Translations under genes and position numbers: made by a program
Part shown: one piece after another, positions 10,301-18,978 of the stretch
How the letters are laid out: each line of letters opens with the position of its first letter
Position numbering within the stretch: the first letter of the stretch is position 1
Assembly (NCBI GenBank): GCA_022710975.1
Contig: JAKLGA010000009.1
Span: forward strand, 1 to 53,546
DNA: 53,546 nt
Direction: 5' to 3'
Origin: Myxococcota bacterium
GTDB taxonomy: Bacteria; Myxococcota; B64-G9
The notes under the pieces: model-generated
What the model saw: the letters and a program-made list of their open reading frames with translations, nothing else
Told to the model about the DNA's origin: nothing
Database searches by the model: none

Positions 10301-11018
10301 ACGGGGTGGTGATGAGGTCGGTGCAGCCGTCGATCTGCGTGCTGCAGGTCAGGCGGGCGTTGTTGGCCACGTCGCACTGCGGGTACTCGGCCGCCACGCA
10401 CTCGTCCTGGCAGTTCTCCGCGCAGGTCGGCTCGTCGTCCACGACCACGCAGGAGGCGTCCTCGGCCGCGCAGTCCTGCAGATCGATCCAGCCCAGGCAG
10501 CCGCTGGCCTCCTGGCCGCAGCCCTGGATCACGCCGGTCGCGCACCGGCGCGTGCCGGCCGGGCTGCAGGCGTCCGTGCAGGTGGCCGCGCACTGGGCGG
10601 CGCCGCTGCCCTCGTCGCACACCTGGCCGCCGGCCGCGCAGTCCTCGCCGTTCACCCAGGCCAGGCAGCCGCCCGCGTCGGCCGTGCAGGTGCGGATCAC
10701 GGTGCCGTTGCACTCGGTGCCGCCGACCGCGCTGCAGGTGTTGCTGCAGCGGCACTGGCCGTCGGCCTCGCTGCAGGTCTGGCCCGCGGCGCAGGGCACG
10801 CCCGCGCTCCACACCAGGCAGCCGTCGGCGTTCGGGGCGCACACCTCGGGGCTGGTCGCGCCACAGCGCTGCAGCCCCGCGCCGGCGCACACGCTCGCCT
10901 CGGGCAGGTCCTTGCACTTGTCGGTCGAGAACTTGTCGCCGCAGCCCGCCGCCGCCAGGCCAAGTGCCAGGCAAGCGGCCAGGACTCCGAACACGGCCCG
11001 CTTCGAATTCATGTTCAT
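7305..11018 (-). CDS. Very large secreted cysteine-rich repeat lipoprotein, paralog 2 (adds 3 x 57-aa Cys modules, two PPC-like beta-sandwich domains and the shared C-terminal domain)
   Basis: Leader MNMNSKRAVFGVLAACLALGLAAAGC; first ~640 aa are near-identical to paralog 1 (exact 3824-bp offset in ORF track); two domains with pre-peptidase-C-terminal-like pattern (..YSFTL..DA.V.IETS......DTV.ALF..CGG.E..CDDD.G.......L.AGTYY.V..PY......G.W.LTVTA). Confidence 0.8.
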   Translation of the reverse strand: MNMNSKRAVFGVLAACLALGLAAAGCGDKFSTDKCKDLPEASVCAGAGLQRCGATSPEVCAPNADGCLVWSAGVPCAAGQTCSEADGQCRCSNTCSAVGGTECNGTVIRTCTADAGGCLAWVNGEDCAAGGQVCDEGSGAAQCAATCTDACSPAGTRRCATGVIQGCGQEASGCLGWIDLQDCAAEDASCVVVDDEPTCAENCQDECVAAEYPQCDVANNARLTCSTQIDGCTDLITTPCGAGNVCDPALDPPACVLDCTGQCTLGETACGADGFSLDVCSAVADACNAVVNTPCEANQICDATAVPPVCIACTPDCAGKVCGPDGCGGECGPGCVLPQVCNADGTACEGCVPDCAGKVCGDDGCGGSCGSCGADETCAEDQASCDCTGGPDAIVDGSFETGGTWTEYSSAYGTPLCTYPGCGQSNVAVEGVYWIWMGGGDADDAYVEQAVTIPAANIATLWFYLYAGGATAGDFFEVTLDGTQVVQYAVEDPIYGETWHLMEVDVSAYADGAAHTLRLHGTVSAGGSVMLDVVQLITCAGGGCTNDCNPALFPACNANGNLDTCVMQGDGCTDLFSTPCEAGLSCQGAAGSAECLAGCADDCVAANFPACAADLLAIETCADTDADGCTELTTTACNAGEACELVAGVPTCVVGCADDCVAANFPACSADFLAIETCADTDADGCTELASTACNAGETCELVAGVPTCVVGCVDECVAANFPACSADFLAIETCADTDADGCTELASTACGANEACELVAGAPTCVVQVLQGDTCADPIFLDVSSGSASVVVDNTLFSDSFSEYSCNPGQTGADVWYSFTLAADAGVTIETSAPGLIDDTVMALFSACGGAEVACDDDSGADFYSLINIGLTAGTYYLVMDPYTLLDLGDWTLTVTAAPVICPAGTTQCNVGNNLETCNAIGTAWVETVCPVGCGDLGGGVFGCLTPDTCATAQVLDLTTGTATTVVNNTNAVDDFSAYSCSGSRTGYDVWQTFTLTEDADVVIETSGPGTVTDTVLALFDGCGGTELECDDDDGTGAYSVIARRLPAGTYFVVSEPYSITSRGTWNLTVTATVRAPVTQWNFEAAAPDQLVPNIGTGAAVAGAGNVTAATFPAGNGSVASWSLVDWNVVAFDATRYFQFSTDLTGATSVLFTFDHRRSNTGPTTFELYYSINGTDFAQVPGSVTATAAGGAWGSSTFDLSALLDNQANVTLRIHGYGASGPTGTWRIDNVTFRSF
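8719..9231. repeat. Three tandem 171-bp coding repeats (57-aa module GCADDCVAANFPACSADFLAIETCADTDADGCTELASTACNAGETCELVAGVPTCVV)
   Basis: Unit starts at 8719, 8890, 9061 (acgcaggtggg...), units near-identical at DNA level; inside paralog 2; paralog 1 has a single copy. Confidence 0.85.
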
Positions 11019-11178
11019 CTGCGCTCCTCCCTGGTTTTGCGCGAGAGACGAAAAGCTCCGGGTAGTTGTGGGCCAACCCTCTGGCCAGGCGTGACACTTG
11101 CACAGGTCCCCTCGCGGCTTCAACCAAAATCTTTTCGGGGCAGGGTGATTCCAGGTGGGGACGAAGGGGAAGCGGGCG

Positions 11179-12678
11179 TCAGTATCGTCCGTACAGGTCT
11201 CCCTGGGGGGCGCGGCGCTCCATCAGCTCGGCCACTGCCCGGCCGAGCTCCACCTCGGGCTCCAGGGCGGGATCGGCCAGCGCCTCGGCGTCCTCGGCGA
11301 TGCGCCGGGCGGCCAGCCGGGCCAGCTCGGCCGCGCCGGCCGGGTCCTGCGGGTAGAGCTCGGCCGCGCGCCGGAGCCCGGACACCAGGATGGCCAGGGC
11401 CACGGCCTTCTCCACGCCGGGTTGCTCGAAGGCCATCCCGCGCTCGTCAGGCGCCATGGCCGGGTAGCCTTGCTCGACCGTCTGGGTGATCCGCTCGCCC
11501 GCCGGGGTCAGGTAGCCGAGCTCCCCGTGCACCCGGAGGTCGGCCCAGCGCGCGCCCTCCTCCGCGCCCAGGCGCACCAGCAGCGCGCCCTTGCGGCGGC
11601 TGAGGAAGACGGTGGCGGCCTGCAGGCCGAACTCGCCGTCCGGCTCGCCGGGGAAGCCGTAGGCCTCCTTCGCCCGGAACCCCTCGCTGGCCACCAGGTT
11701 CAGGCGCAGGTCGTAGGCGATGGGGCTGGCCAGCCAGGGCCAGGAGTCGCCCAGCAGCCGATCGGGATCCTCGCGCCCGAACAGGCTGAAGGCGTTGCCG
11801 CCGCGGAGCTGCACCAGCGCCTCCAGCACCTCGGCGCCCAGACCCACCCCCAGGGCGAACACGCTCAGCCCGACCCCCTGGTCCGCGCCGTCGGCCGCCA
11901 TGGCCTGGAACTCGCTGGGGCTGGTGGCGCCCACGTTGGGCTGCACGTCGGTGAACAGCATCACCCGCACCTCCTGGGTGCCCCCCTCGGCGCGGGCCTG
12001 GCGCGCCAGCTCGAAGGCCCGTCGCAGGCCGGCCTCCATGTTGGTGCTGCCGTCGGTGCCCAGCCCCGCGATGGCCGCGTCCACCCGCTCCCGGTCCTCG
12101 GCCGGTGTCCAGCCGAGCCGGGTGCTCACGTCAGTGCCGTAGGCGACGATGGCGATGCGATCGCCCGCCCCGAGCCGTCCGGCGATGCGGGTGAGCAGCA
12201 TGCGGGCCAGACAACCCGGGGTCGGGTACTCGGCCTCCTCGCTGGAGTAATCCCAGCCCATCGAACCGGACACGTCCACCACGGCCACCACGGCGAGCGA
12301 GGGCCGCACGAAGGTGTCCGGATCGATGAGCGAGGACATGCCCACCTGGAGCCAGGCGGCCGGTTCGCCCGCCAGCGTCGGGGCGGCCCCGGAGGCCGTG
12401 CGCAGGCACAGCAGGTTCTGGCAGGGGGCGCCGGTGAGCGGCAGGTCGTGCTCGGAGAACATGCCCTCGACCAGGAAGGCATCGGGAGGCGGGACCTGGC
12501 CGTTCTCCACCAGCTCCCGGGCGAACTGCATGTCCTGCACTCCGCCCTGGGTGGCACCGAACTCGCCGCCCCCCCCGCCCATGCCCGCGTCCGCGAGGCC
12601 ACAGCCGGCCGCACCCAGCATCCACAGGGCCAGCGCCCAGACCGCCCACCCTGACATCTCGATCCGGTTTCGTCCCAT
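11179..12678 (-). CDS. von Willebrand factor type A (VWA) domain lipoprotein
   Basis: Leader ...[14 protein letters not shown] (lipobox); MIDAS motif DVSGSM, downstream GTDGSTN.....G; strong AAGGAG RBS 7 nt before ATG (complement 12676-12678). Confidence 0.8.
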   Translation of the reverse strand: MGRNRIEMSGWAVWALALWMLGAAGCGLADAGMGGGGGEFGATQGGVQDMQFARELVENGQVPPPDAFLVEGMFSEHDLPLTGAPCQNLLCLRTASGAAPTLAGEPAAWLQVGMSSLIDPDTFVRPSLAVVAVVDVSGSMGWDYSSEEAEYPTPGCLARMLLTRIAGRLGAGDRIAIVAYGTDVSTRLGWTPAEDRERVDAAIAGLGTDGSTNMEAGLRRAFELARQARAEGGTQEVRVMLFTDVQPNVGATSPSEFQAMAADGADQGVGLSVFALGVGLGAEVLEALVQLRGGNAFSLFGREDPDRLLGDSWPWLASPIAYDLRLNLVASEGFRAKEAYGFPGEPDGEFGLQAATVFLSRRKGALLVRLGAEEGARWADLRVHGELGYLTPAGERITQTVEQGYPAMAPDERGMAFEQPGVEKAVALAILVSGLRRAAELYPQDPAGAAELARLAARRIAEDAEALADPALEPEVELGRAVAELMERRAPQGDLYGRY

Positions 12679-12831
12679 GGAATCGCTCCTTGGCTTGGTT
12701 TGACCGGATGCGAAGCAACGTGTGTGCCATGGGCCACAGTTGTTTATTTGCGTGGAGTTGAGATTAACCCAGCCCCCGCTGGCGCGGGATGGACCGGGGG
12801 GAGACCGCGATCCGAGTGCCCTGGTTTCAGA

Positions 12832-13422
12832 TCACGGGACCTGGATGTCGAATCGGGCCAGGAGGTCGACCACCCGCGTCAGCGGCAAGCCGATGATGCC
12901 GGTGAAGTCCTCGCCCTGCATGCGCTCGAACAGCGCGATGCCCGGGCCCTCGACCCTGTAGGAGCCTGCGCAGTCGAAGGGCCGGTCCAGGGCCACGTAG
13001 GCGCGCAGGCGCTCCTCCGCGAGCGGCCGCATGCTCATGCGCTGGACGTCGAGGGCCTGCTCGAGCCGTCCGCTGCGGGCCTCCAGCAGGCACACCCCGG
13101 TCAGCAGCCGGTGCGTGCGGCCGGCGAGCAGCCGCAGCTGCTCCACGGCCCGGGCCTCGTCGCCCGGCTTGGTCAGCACCCGGCCGTCCAGCTCGGCGAC
13201 CTGGTCGGCGGCCAGCAGCAGGGCGTCCGGGAACAGCGGCGCGAGCGAGCGGGCCTTCCCGCGGGCCAGGTGCAGCACCAGCTCCTCGGGCGGCAGCGGC
13301 AGGTCGTGCTGCTCCTGGTAGGGCGGCCGGGCTGCCTCGAAGGGCAGGCCCAGGCGCTCGAGCAGCGCGCTGCGGTAACGCGAGGTGGAGGCCAGGACGA
13401 GCTTGCGGAGGGGTGCGTCCAT
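12832..13422 (-). CDS. maf: Maf-like nucleoside triphosphate pyrophosphatase (septum formation protein Maf family)
   Basis: MDAPLRKLVLASTSRYRSALLERLGLPF...; Maf signature LILAS-like start, length ~196 aa; upstream 15 codons of track ORF lack RBS. Confidence 0.75.
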   Translation of the reverse strand: MDAPLRKLVLASTSRYRSALLERLGLPFEAARPPYQEQHDLPLPPEELVLHLARGKARSLAPLFPDALLLAADQVAELDGRVLTKPGDEARAVEQLRLLAGRTHRLLTGVCLLEARSGRLEQALDVQRMSMRPLAEERLRAYVALDRPFDCAGSYRVEGPGIALFERMQGEDFTGIIGLPLTRVVDLLARFDIQVP

Positions 13423-13461
13423 ACCCGCCGAGGTTAGCTCGAAGGGCTCTCTCGTTCCAGC

Positions 13462-13490
13462 TTGCATCCGGGTGGCCGGCCCGTTAAGCT
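13462..13490 (+). promoter_or_regulatory. Candidate sigma70-type promoter (TTGCAT-N17-TAAGCT) upstream of hybrid kinase gene
   Basis: -35 TTGCAT 13462-13467, 17-nt spacer, -10 TAAGCT 13485-13490, ~45 nt before the ATG. Confidence 0.3.
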
Positions 13491-13532
13491 TGGGCCCGTT
13501 GGGTGCCTGGGTTCGCGTCCACCGGGGGTGGC

Positions 13533-15452
13533 ATGAGGCCGAACTCTGAATCCCGCTACCGCGATGTCTTCGAGGGCCTCACGCTCGGCGTGGTCATCCA
13601 GGACGCGACCGGGGCGGTGGTGGCTGTCAACGCGGCCGCGGAGGACCTGCTGAGTCTTCCACGCGCCGCGCTCCTGGGTCGCGGCGCGGCTTCCACCGAC
13701 TGGCGCCCGCTCCGCCCCGACGGCAGCCCCTTCCCGATCGAGGAGCAACCGGCCTTTCGGGCGCTCCGGGAGGGCACCGTGATCCGCGGCGTGGTCATGG
13801 GGGTCTACCTCCCGGCCGAGGACCGCCATCGCTGGATCCGCATCGACGCCGTGCCGCTCTCCCCCCCCGGCGGCGGCGCGCCGCGCGAGGTGTTCACCGT
13901 GTTCGACGACGTGAGCCACCAGCGCGCGGACGAGCTGCTGCTCGAGACGGTGCTGGACGCCATCCCCGACGTGCTCGGCGTCCAGGACACCGCGCACCGT
14001 ATCCTGCGCTACAACAAGGCCGGCTACGACCTCCTGGGTCCGCCCGAGGCGGTCGATGGACGGCGCTGCCACGAGCTCATCGGGCACGAGGCGCCCTGCG
14101 CGGACTGCGCCACCCGGGAGGCGATCGCCACGGGTCGCGTGGCGCGCATCGAGCGGGAGAGCCCCGAGCTGGATCGGATCTACCAGGTGTCCGCCTACCC
14201 GATCCTGGAAGAGGGTGGCCGGGTGACGCGGGTGGTCGAGCACCTCAGGGACGTGACCGCCGAGCGACGGGCGCTCGCGGAGCGGGACCGGATGCGCGAG
14301 CAGCTCCTCCACGCGCAGAAGCTCGAGGCCATCGGGCGCCTGGCGGGCGGGGTGGCCCACGACTTCAACAACCTGTTGACGGCGATCGGCGGTTTCGCGG
14401 ATCTGCTCCAGACGGAGCTCCCGGCCGGCTCGCCTGGCCGTCAGGACCTGTGGGAGATCCGGCGCGCGGCCGAGCGGGCGGGCGAGCTGACCCGGCAGCT
14501 CCTGGCGTTTTCCCGCCAGCAGGTGATCGCGCCGCGCTCGCTGGACCTCAACGCGATCCTCGGCGGGGTGGAGCGCATGCTCCGCCGCCTGCTGGGAGAG
14601 GACGTGCGCGTCGAGCTCTCGCTGGGCCAGGAGCTGTGGAGGGTGTGGGCCGACGCGGGGCAGGTCGAGCAGGTGATCTTCAACCTGGTCACCAATGCGA
14701 GGGACGCCATGCCCGGGGGGGGCACGCTGCGGGTGTCGACCGGGAACGTGGTCCTCGACGAGGAGGCCGCCGGCCGGCTGCAAGGCGCGGCGCCCGGGGA
14801 GTGGGTCTACCTGAGCGTGGCCGACGACGGCGTGGGCATGGAGCCCGCGGTGCGCGCGCGGCTGTTCGAGCCCTTCTTCACCACCAAGCCCAAGGGCGTG
14901 GGCACCGGGCTGGGGCTCTCGACGGTGTACGGCATCGTCTCCCAGCACGGTGGCTTCATGGACGTCGCCTCCAGCCAGGGGAGCGGCTCGGAGTTCCGCG
15001 CCTACCTGCCGCACTCGACCCGGGCGGACGAGGTGCCCGCTGGCGACCGAAGGGCGCCAGCCCCCGCCCGGGGCCAGGAGCTCGTGCTGCTGGTGGAGGA
15101 CGAGCCGCAGGTCCGCGAGCTCACCCGGCGGTTCCTGGAAGCCCTGGGCTACAGGGTGCATGCCTGCGGGGACGCGGCCGCGGCCCTCGAGGCGCTGGAC
15201 GCCGAGCCCGCGCTGCAGCCCGACCTCTTGCTGACCGACGTGGTCCTGCCCGGCCTCTCGGGCCGGGAGCTCGCCGACCTCCTGCAGGCGCAGCGGCCGG
15301 GGCTCAGGGCCCTGCTGATGAGCGGTTGGTCCGAGGCGCTGGACGCCACCTCGACCCGCGCCGCGCGTGGCCTGCCCCTGCTGCCCAAACCCTTCGACAT
15401 GGCGTCGCTGGCGCGGGCGGTGCGCTCGGCCCTGGAACGGCCCACGCTCTGA
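13533..15452 (+). CDS. PAS-domain hybrid sensor histidine kinase / response regulator
   Basis: Two PAS-like regions, H-box AHDFNNLLTAIGG, N/G boxes (NLVTNARDAM, GTGLGLS), C-terminal receiver LLVEDEP....DLLLTDVVLPGLSG; GGGGGTGG RBS before ATG 13533. Confidence 0.85.
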   Translation: MRPNSESRYRDVFEGLTLGVVIQDATGAVVAVNAAAEDLLSLPRAALLGRGAASTDWRPLRPDGSPFPIEEQPAFRALREGTVIRGVVMGVYLPAEDRHRWIRIDAVPLSPPGGGAPREVFTVFDDVSHQRADELLLETVLDAIPDVLGVQDTAHRILRYNKAGYDLLGPPEAVDGRRCHELIGHEAPCADCATREAIATGRVARIERESPELDRIYQVSAYPILEEGGRVTRVVEHLRDVTAERRALAERDRMREQLLHAQKLEAIGRLAGGVAHDFNNLLTAIGGFADLLQTELPAGSPGRQDLWEIRRAAERAGELTRQLLAFSRQQVIAPRSLDLNAILGGVERMLRRLLGEDVRVELSLGQELWRVWADAGQVEQVIFNLVTNARDAMPGGGTLRVSTGNVVLDEEAAGRLQGAAPGEWVYLSVADDGVGMEPAVRARLFEPFFTTKPKGVGTGLGLSTVYGIVSQHGGFMDVASSQGSGSEFRAYLPHSTRADEVPAGDRRAPAPARGQELVLLVEDEPQVRELTRRFLEALGYRVHACGDAAAALEALDAEPALQPDLLLTDVVLPGLSGRELADLLQAQRPGLRALLMSGWSEALDATSTRAARGLPLLPKPFDMASLARAVRSALERPTL

Positions 15453-15678
15453 AGCCGGCTCCGGACGGGAGCGCCGTGAGGTCCTGTTCCAGCGCGAGCG
15501 GCCCCGATCCAGGCGGATGGCAGGTCTGAACACGGCCCGGGGCCCGCTCCGGGAGGGTTGGGTGGAGGAGAGACCGGGGCGGGCCCCGGGATGAGGTCAG
15601 GCTACCGCACCCGCCTCACGGGCGCGTCACGCGCGGGTCATGGTTTGGTCACGGGGCGGAGTGGCCGGAGGCGGTCGC

Positions 15679-16203
15679 TCAGTCGCAGTAGCGGTAGGGC
15701 GCGCAGTAGTCGCCGGTGCCCGTGTCGTAGCAGCAGTCGGTCAGGCAGTCCTCGTCGTAGGTGCACGGGTCGGAGCAGAAGAAGATGTCGTCCAGGCCCG
15801 AGTCGTCGTACAGGCAGGTCATGCCAGCCGCGCACTCGTGGCCCATGCCGGTCGAGCAGTCGTCCGCCCAGCGCCACACGCGACCGTCATCCACGTAGAA
15901 GCTGTGCGGCATGCACACCCAGCGGGTGTCGCCGGTGCCGCTGGGATCGTACCAGGTGCCCTGGTCGGTGAGCGGCACGCAGTCGTAGAGCGGCTCGCAG
16001 TCCAGGTCGCTGTAGCAGGGGTTGGCGCAGTAGAGCTGGGAGTAGTCGCCGTACACGCAGTACTCGGTGCGGTGCCACTCGTTCGTGTCCTGGATGCAGT
16101 CGTCACAGGAGTCCACCGTGCGCGCGCCGCCTTCGCAGCCCAGCGCGCCGAGGGCCAGCGCCAGCACCACCACGCCGCCGAGCAACTTGCCTAGGGTCTT
16201 CAT
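15679..16203 (-). CDS. Small cysteine-rich lipoprotein of unknown function
   Basis: Leader MKTLGKLLGGVVVLALALGALGC; 26 Cys in ~150 mature residues with several Cys-containing D-rich motifs; no recognisable family. Confidence 0.55.
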   Translation of the reverse strand: MKTLGKLLGGVVVLALALGALGCEGGARTVDSCDDCIQDTNEWHRTEYCVYGDYSQLYCANPCYSDLDCEPLYDCVPLTDQGTWYDPSGTGDTRWVCMPHSFYVDDGRVWRWADDCSTGMGHECAAGMTCLYDDSGLDDIFFCSDPCTYDEDCLTDCCYDTGTGDYCAPYRYCD

Positions 16204-16347
16204 GCTCCCTTGCCTCCTCTTGAAATATCCAATGGTTCCATGATTCTCGCGTCGAAGCCCGGCCAGACTATCCCTCCCCGGGACGCGGGTCAAGGCTCGC
16301 CGCACGGGATCTGAGACGCCCCGGCGGGGGAGGGCATTCAAGAAATC

Positions 16348-18036
16348 TCAGGGCAGCTGCAGCGTCATCCCCGGGGGCAGCGGCGAGGCGGTGGCCGCCT
16401 CGCAGGCGGCGGCGCGCTGCGCCTCCTCCACCACCAGGCGCAGCTCCACCGCCGGGCGCAGGTTCCGGCGCAGGAGGAGCGCGGGCGCGAGGGTCTGCTC
16501 GAGGCGGGCCACCTGGCCGAGCGGGATGCCCGGCACGACCGGCAGCTCCAGCGCCTCGGCCGGCCGTCGGCCCCCCGGGCCGAGGAGCAGGCGGATGGGC
16601 TCGCCGGAGGGCTCGACCCGGCCGACCTCCACGCCGGCCAGCCCGGCCGCCAGCGCCTGGGTGGCCTGGGCCGGGGTCAGGCCCAGCGCCGCCAGGCGCT
16701 CGCGCTCGAGCCGCAGGACGAGGCCGGGCGCGCGCTCCACCCCGCGCAGGCGCGCCGCGCGGACCCCGGGGACCCCCTTCAGCCGCTCGAGGAGCGCCCG
16801 GGCTGGCGCCTCGAGGGCGTCCCGGTCCGCGCCCGAGAGCCACAGCGTCAGCTCGCGGGCTCCGTCGCCGACCCGCCAGGCCGGCCCGAGCCCGGGGCAG
16901 CTCGCCAGCACCTGGAGCGCGGCCGCGGCATCCTGCGGGGTAGGCCGTCCTTGGGCCGGGTCCGCCTGCGGCAGCAAGCTGGCCTCCAGCTGGCGTGGGA
17001 GGCCGGGCGCTTCGGGTGGAGCGAGGCGCAGGAGCCAGGGCCCGCGCCCCGTCTCCTCGAGGGCCGCCTCCACGGCCTCGAGCAGGCGCGCGCGCCTGTC
17101 CTCCTCGGTCGGCGCGACCTCGGCCCGCAAGGCCAGGGCCTCCCCCGGCGACCAGGGACGAAGCTCCAGCCCGGCGGGCAGCGACCGGGGGAGCTCGGCC
17201 AGGGCCGCGCGGACCGGATCCGGGCTCGCACCGGCCGCGAGCCGGGCCTCTCCCTGCACGACCCAGCTCCCGCGAAGTCGCGCCAGGCAGCCCGTGGGCC
17301 GCTGGTCGTGAACGATCTGCGCCAGGTCGCGCAGGCGGATGGGCACGTCCTCCTGCCGGTGCACCACGAGATCCGCGAGCAGGTCGAGCCCGGTCCGCTG
17401 CGGGCGGGAGCCGCCGGGCAGGCCCGCGTTCAGCGAGGACAGGGCCGCCTGGACCTCCTCGAAGCGGACGCCCAGGGCCTGCAGCCGGCGCGGATCGATC
17501 TCGACGCGCACCTCGGGCAGCATGCCGCCACAGGCCTCCACACGGCGCACGCCGGCCACGGCCTCCAGCCGGCGACGGACCACCCGGTCCTGGATCTCGC
17601 GCAGCTCCGCGGGCGACAGGCGCTCGGCCCGCAGGAGCCAGGCCTGCCCGGCGCCGGCCTCGCCCGGCAGCACCTCGAGGACCGGCGCCCCGGCCGCGTC
17701 GGGCAGGGAGCTGACCGCCGAGATCAGGAGCTCCCGCGCGGCCTGAGCCGCGGAGAGGGGCTCGGTGCCCTTCGCCAGCTCCACCACCAGCCGGGCCTGC
17801 CCCTCGCGGGCCTCGCCCTCGAGCGCCGCCGCCGCCGGCAGCCTGGCCATGGTCTCCTCGAGCACCCGGAGGATCTGCGTCTCCACCTCCCCGGGCCCGA
17901 AGCCCGGAGCCTGGACCGAGACCTGGAGCCTGTCGGGCGCGGGCGGGGCCGGGGGCGAGGAGCGCGTGCAGCCAGCCGCCCAGAGGAGGGACAGACCCCA
18001 GACCAACCCTCGGATTCTCTGTGAGAATGGACTCAT
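16348..18036 (-). CDS. Lipoprotein consisting of RND-permease (AcrB-like) periplasmic porter-type repeats without transmembrane domains
   Basis: Leader MSPFSQRIRGLVWGLSLLWAAGC; two segments with the AcrB porter-subdomain signature (...VEVRVEIDPRRLQALGVRFEEVQAALSSLNAGLPGG... and ...LRLERERLAALGLTPAQATQALAAGLAGVEVG...); no hydrophobic TM stretches; only the last 562 codons of the 1625-aa track ORF are real. Confidence 0.55.
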   Translation of the reverse strand: MSPFSQRIRGLVWGLSLLWAAGCTRSSPPAPPAPDRLQVSVQAPGFGPGEVETQILRVLEETMARLPAAAALEGEAREGQARLVVELAKGTEPLSAAQAARELLISAVSSLPDAAGAPVLEVLPGEAGAGQAWLLRAERLSPAELREIQDRVVRRRLEAVAGVRRVEACGGMLPEVRVEIDPRRLQALGVRFEEVQAALSSLNAGLPGGSRPQRTGLDLLADLVVHRQEDVPIRLRDLAQIVHDQRPTGCLARLRGSWVVQGEARLAAGASPDPVRAALAELPRSLPAGLELRPWSPGEALALRAEVAPTEEDRRARLLEAVEAALEETGRGPWLLRLAPPEAPGLPRQLEASLLPQADPAQGRPTPQDAAAALQVLASCPGLGPAWRVGDGARELTLWLSGADRDALEAPARALLERLKGVPGVRAARLRGVERAPGLVLRLERERLAALGLTPAQATQALAAGLAGVEVGRVEPSGEPIRLLLGPGGRRPAEALELPVVPGIPLGQVARLEQTLAPALLLRRNLRPAVELRLVVEEAQRAAACEAATASPLPPGMTLQLP

Positions 18037-18165
18037 GGATCCGGGAGGATAACGCGCTTCTCTTCTGGAGGACAGTCCCTGGGAGAAGCTTCGGCCGCGC
18101 TTGCCGTCCAAGACCTGGGCGCGTAGAATGCCCGGCGAATGTCCACCCGGACCCTGGAGGTCGAC

Positions 18166-18978
18166 ATGCGTAGGAGTCTCATGCTCCCCGTGCTGTGCGC
18201 GCTGGCCCTCCTGCCGCTCGCGTCCTGGGCCGGGCCGTTCGACGACTTCGACGAGGCCGGCAAGGACCACGGCACGGTCCGCGACAACGCCGACTTCAAC
18301 TTCGACGAGGTCGAGGGCAAGCTCAGCCTGCGCTTCTACGACGCGCTGACCGGGAAACCCATCCAGGGTGGCAGGGTCACGCTCGGCGAGGAGACCGCCA
18401 CCACCGATCCGACCGGCAAGGCCATGTTCACCTTCCCGCGCATCGGCCGGGAGGAGGGCGACGTCACGGCCGTCTTCGAGCGGCAGGGCTACATCACCAG
18501 CGAGATCCGCATCCACATCATCCTCGACAGCGTGTTCCTGCACCGCTACTCGATCTCCCCGACGTTGCCCGCGGGCCGCTACCGGGTCGTGCTCGACTGG
18601 GGCACCAGCCCGGCGGACCTGGATCTGCACCTGGTCAAGCAGGGCCGCTACCACATCTCCTACCGCGACATGCGCAAGTACGAGGACCAGGCCTGGCTCG
18701 ACCGGGACGACACGGACGGCGAGGGGCCGGAGACCGTGACCCTCGCCCGGCTCGACCTCGCTGGCGCCTACACCTGCTACGTGCACGACTACACCCACCG
18801 GGCGGACAGCGGTTTCCAGGAGTTCGGCAAGAGCCGGGCACGGGTGATGGTGTTCAACGATCACGGGCTGGTCCAGAGCTTCGAGGTCGCCCCGGGCCCG
18901 GGCCGGGTGTGGAGGGTGTTCGAGATCCGCGACGCGCAGATCCAGCCCGCCAGCCAGATGCAGGATCAGACCGAGTAG
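18166..18978 (+). CDS. Secreted hypothetical protein
   Basis: Signal peptide MRRSLMLPVLCALALLPLASWAGP; 270 aa, beta-rich; 3' end overlaps convergent beta-helix gene by 13 nt. Confidence 0.6.
   Translation: MRRSLMLPVLCALALLPLASWAGPFDDFDEAGKDHGTVRDNADFNFDEVEGKLSLRFYDALTGKPIQGGRVTLGEETATTDPTGKAMFTFPRIGREEGDVTAVFERQGYITSEIRIHIILDSVFLHRYSISPTLPAGRYRVVLDWGTSPADLDLHLVKQGRYHISYRDMRKYEDQAWLDRDDTDGEGPETVTLARLDLAGAYTCYVHDYTHRADSGFQEFGKSRARVMVFNDHGLVQSFEVAPGPGRVWRVFEIRDAQIQPASQMQDQTE

Noticed and set aside
4732-11018. The 3.8-kb direct duplication as a mobile element, IS or composite transposon
   Set aside because: No transposase, integrase or terminal inverted repeats. The duplicated unit is a coding block bounded by internal gene repeats, consistent with unequal crossover rather than transposition.
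12679-12831. Lower-GC patch (gttgtttatttgcgtggagttgagattaaccc) between the VWA and maf genes, considered as a small RNA or insertion scar
   Set aside because: Too short and featureless to call. It is more probably just the promoter region of the VWA gene. No hairpin or conserved motif recognisable by eye.
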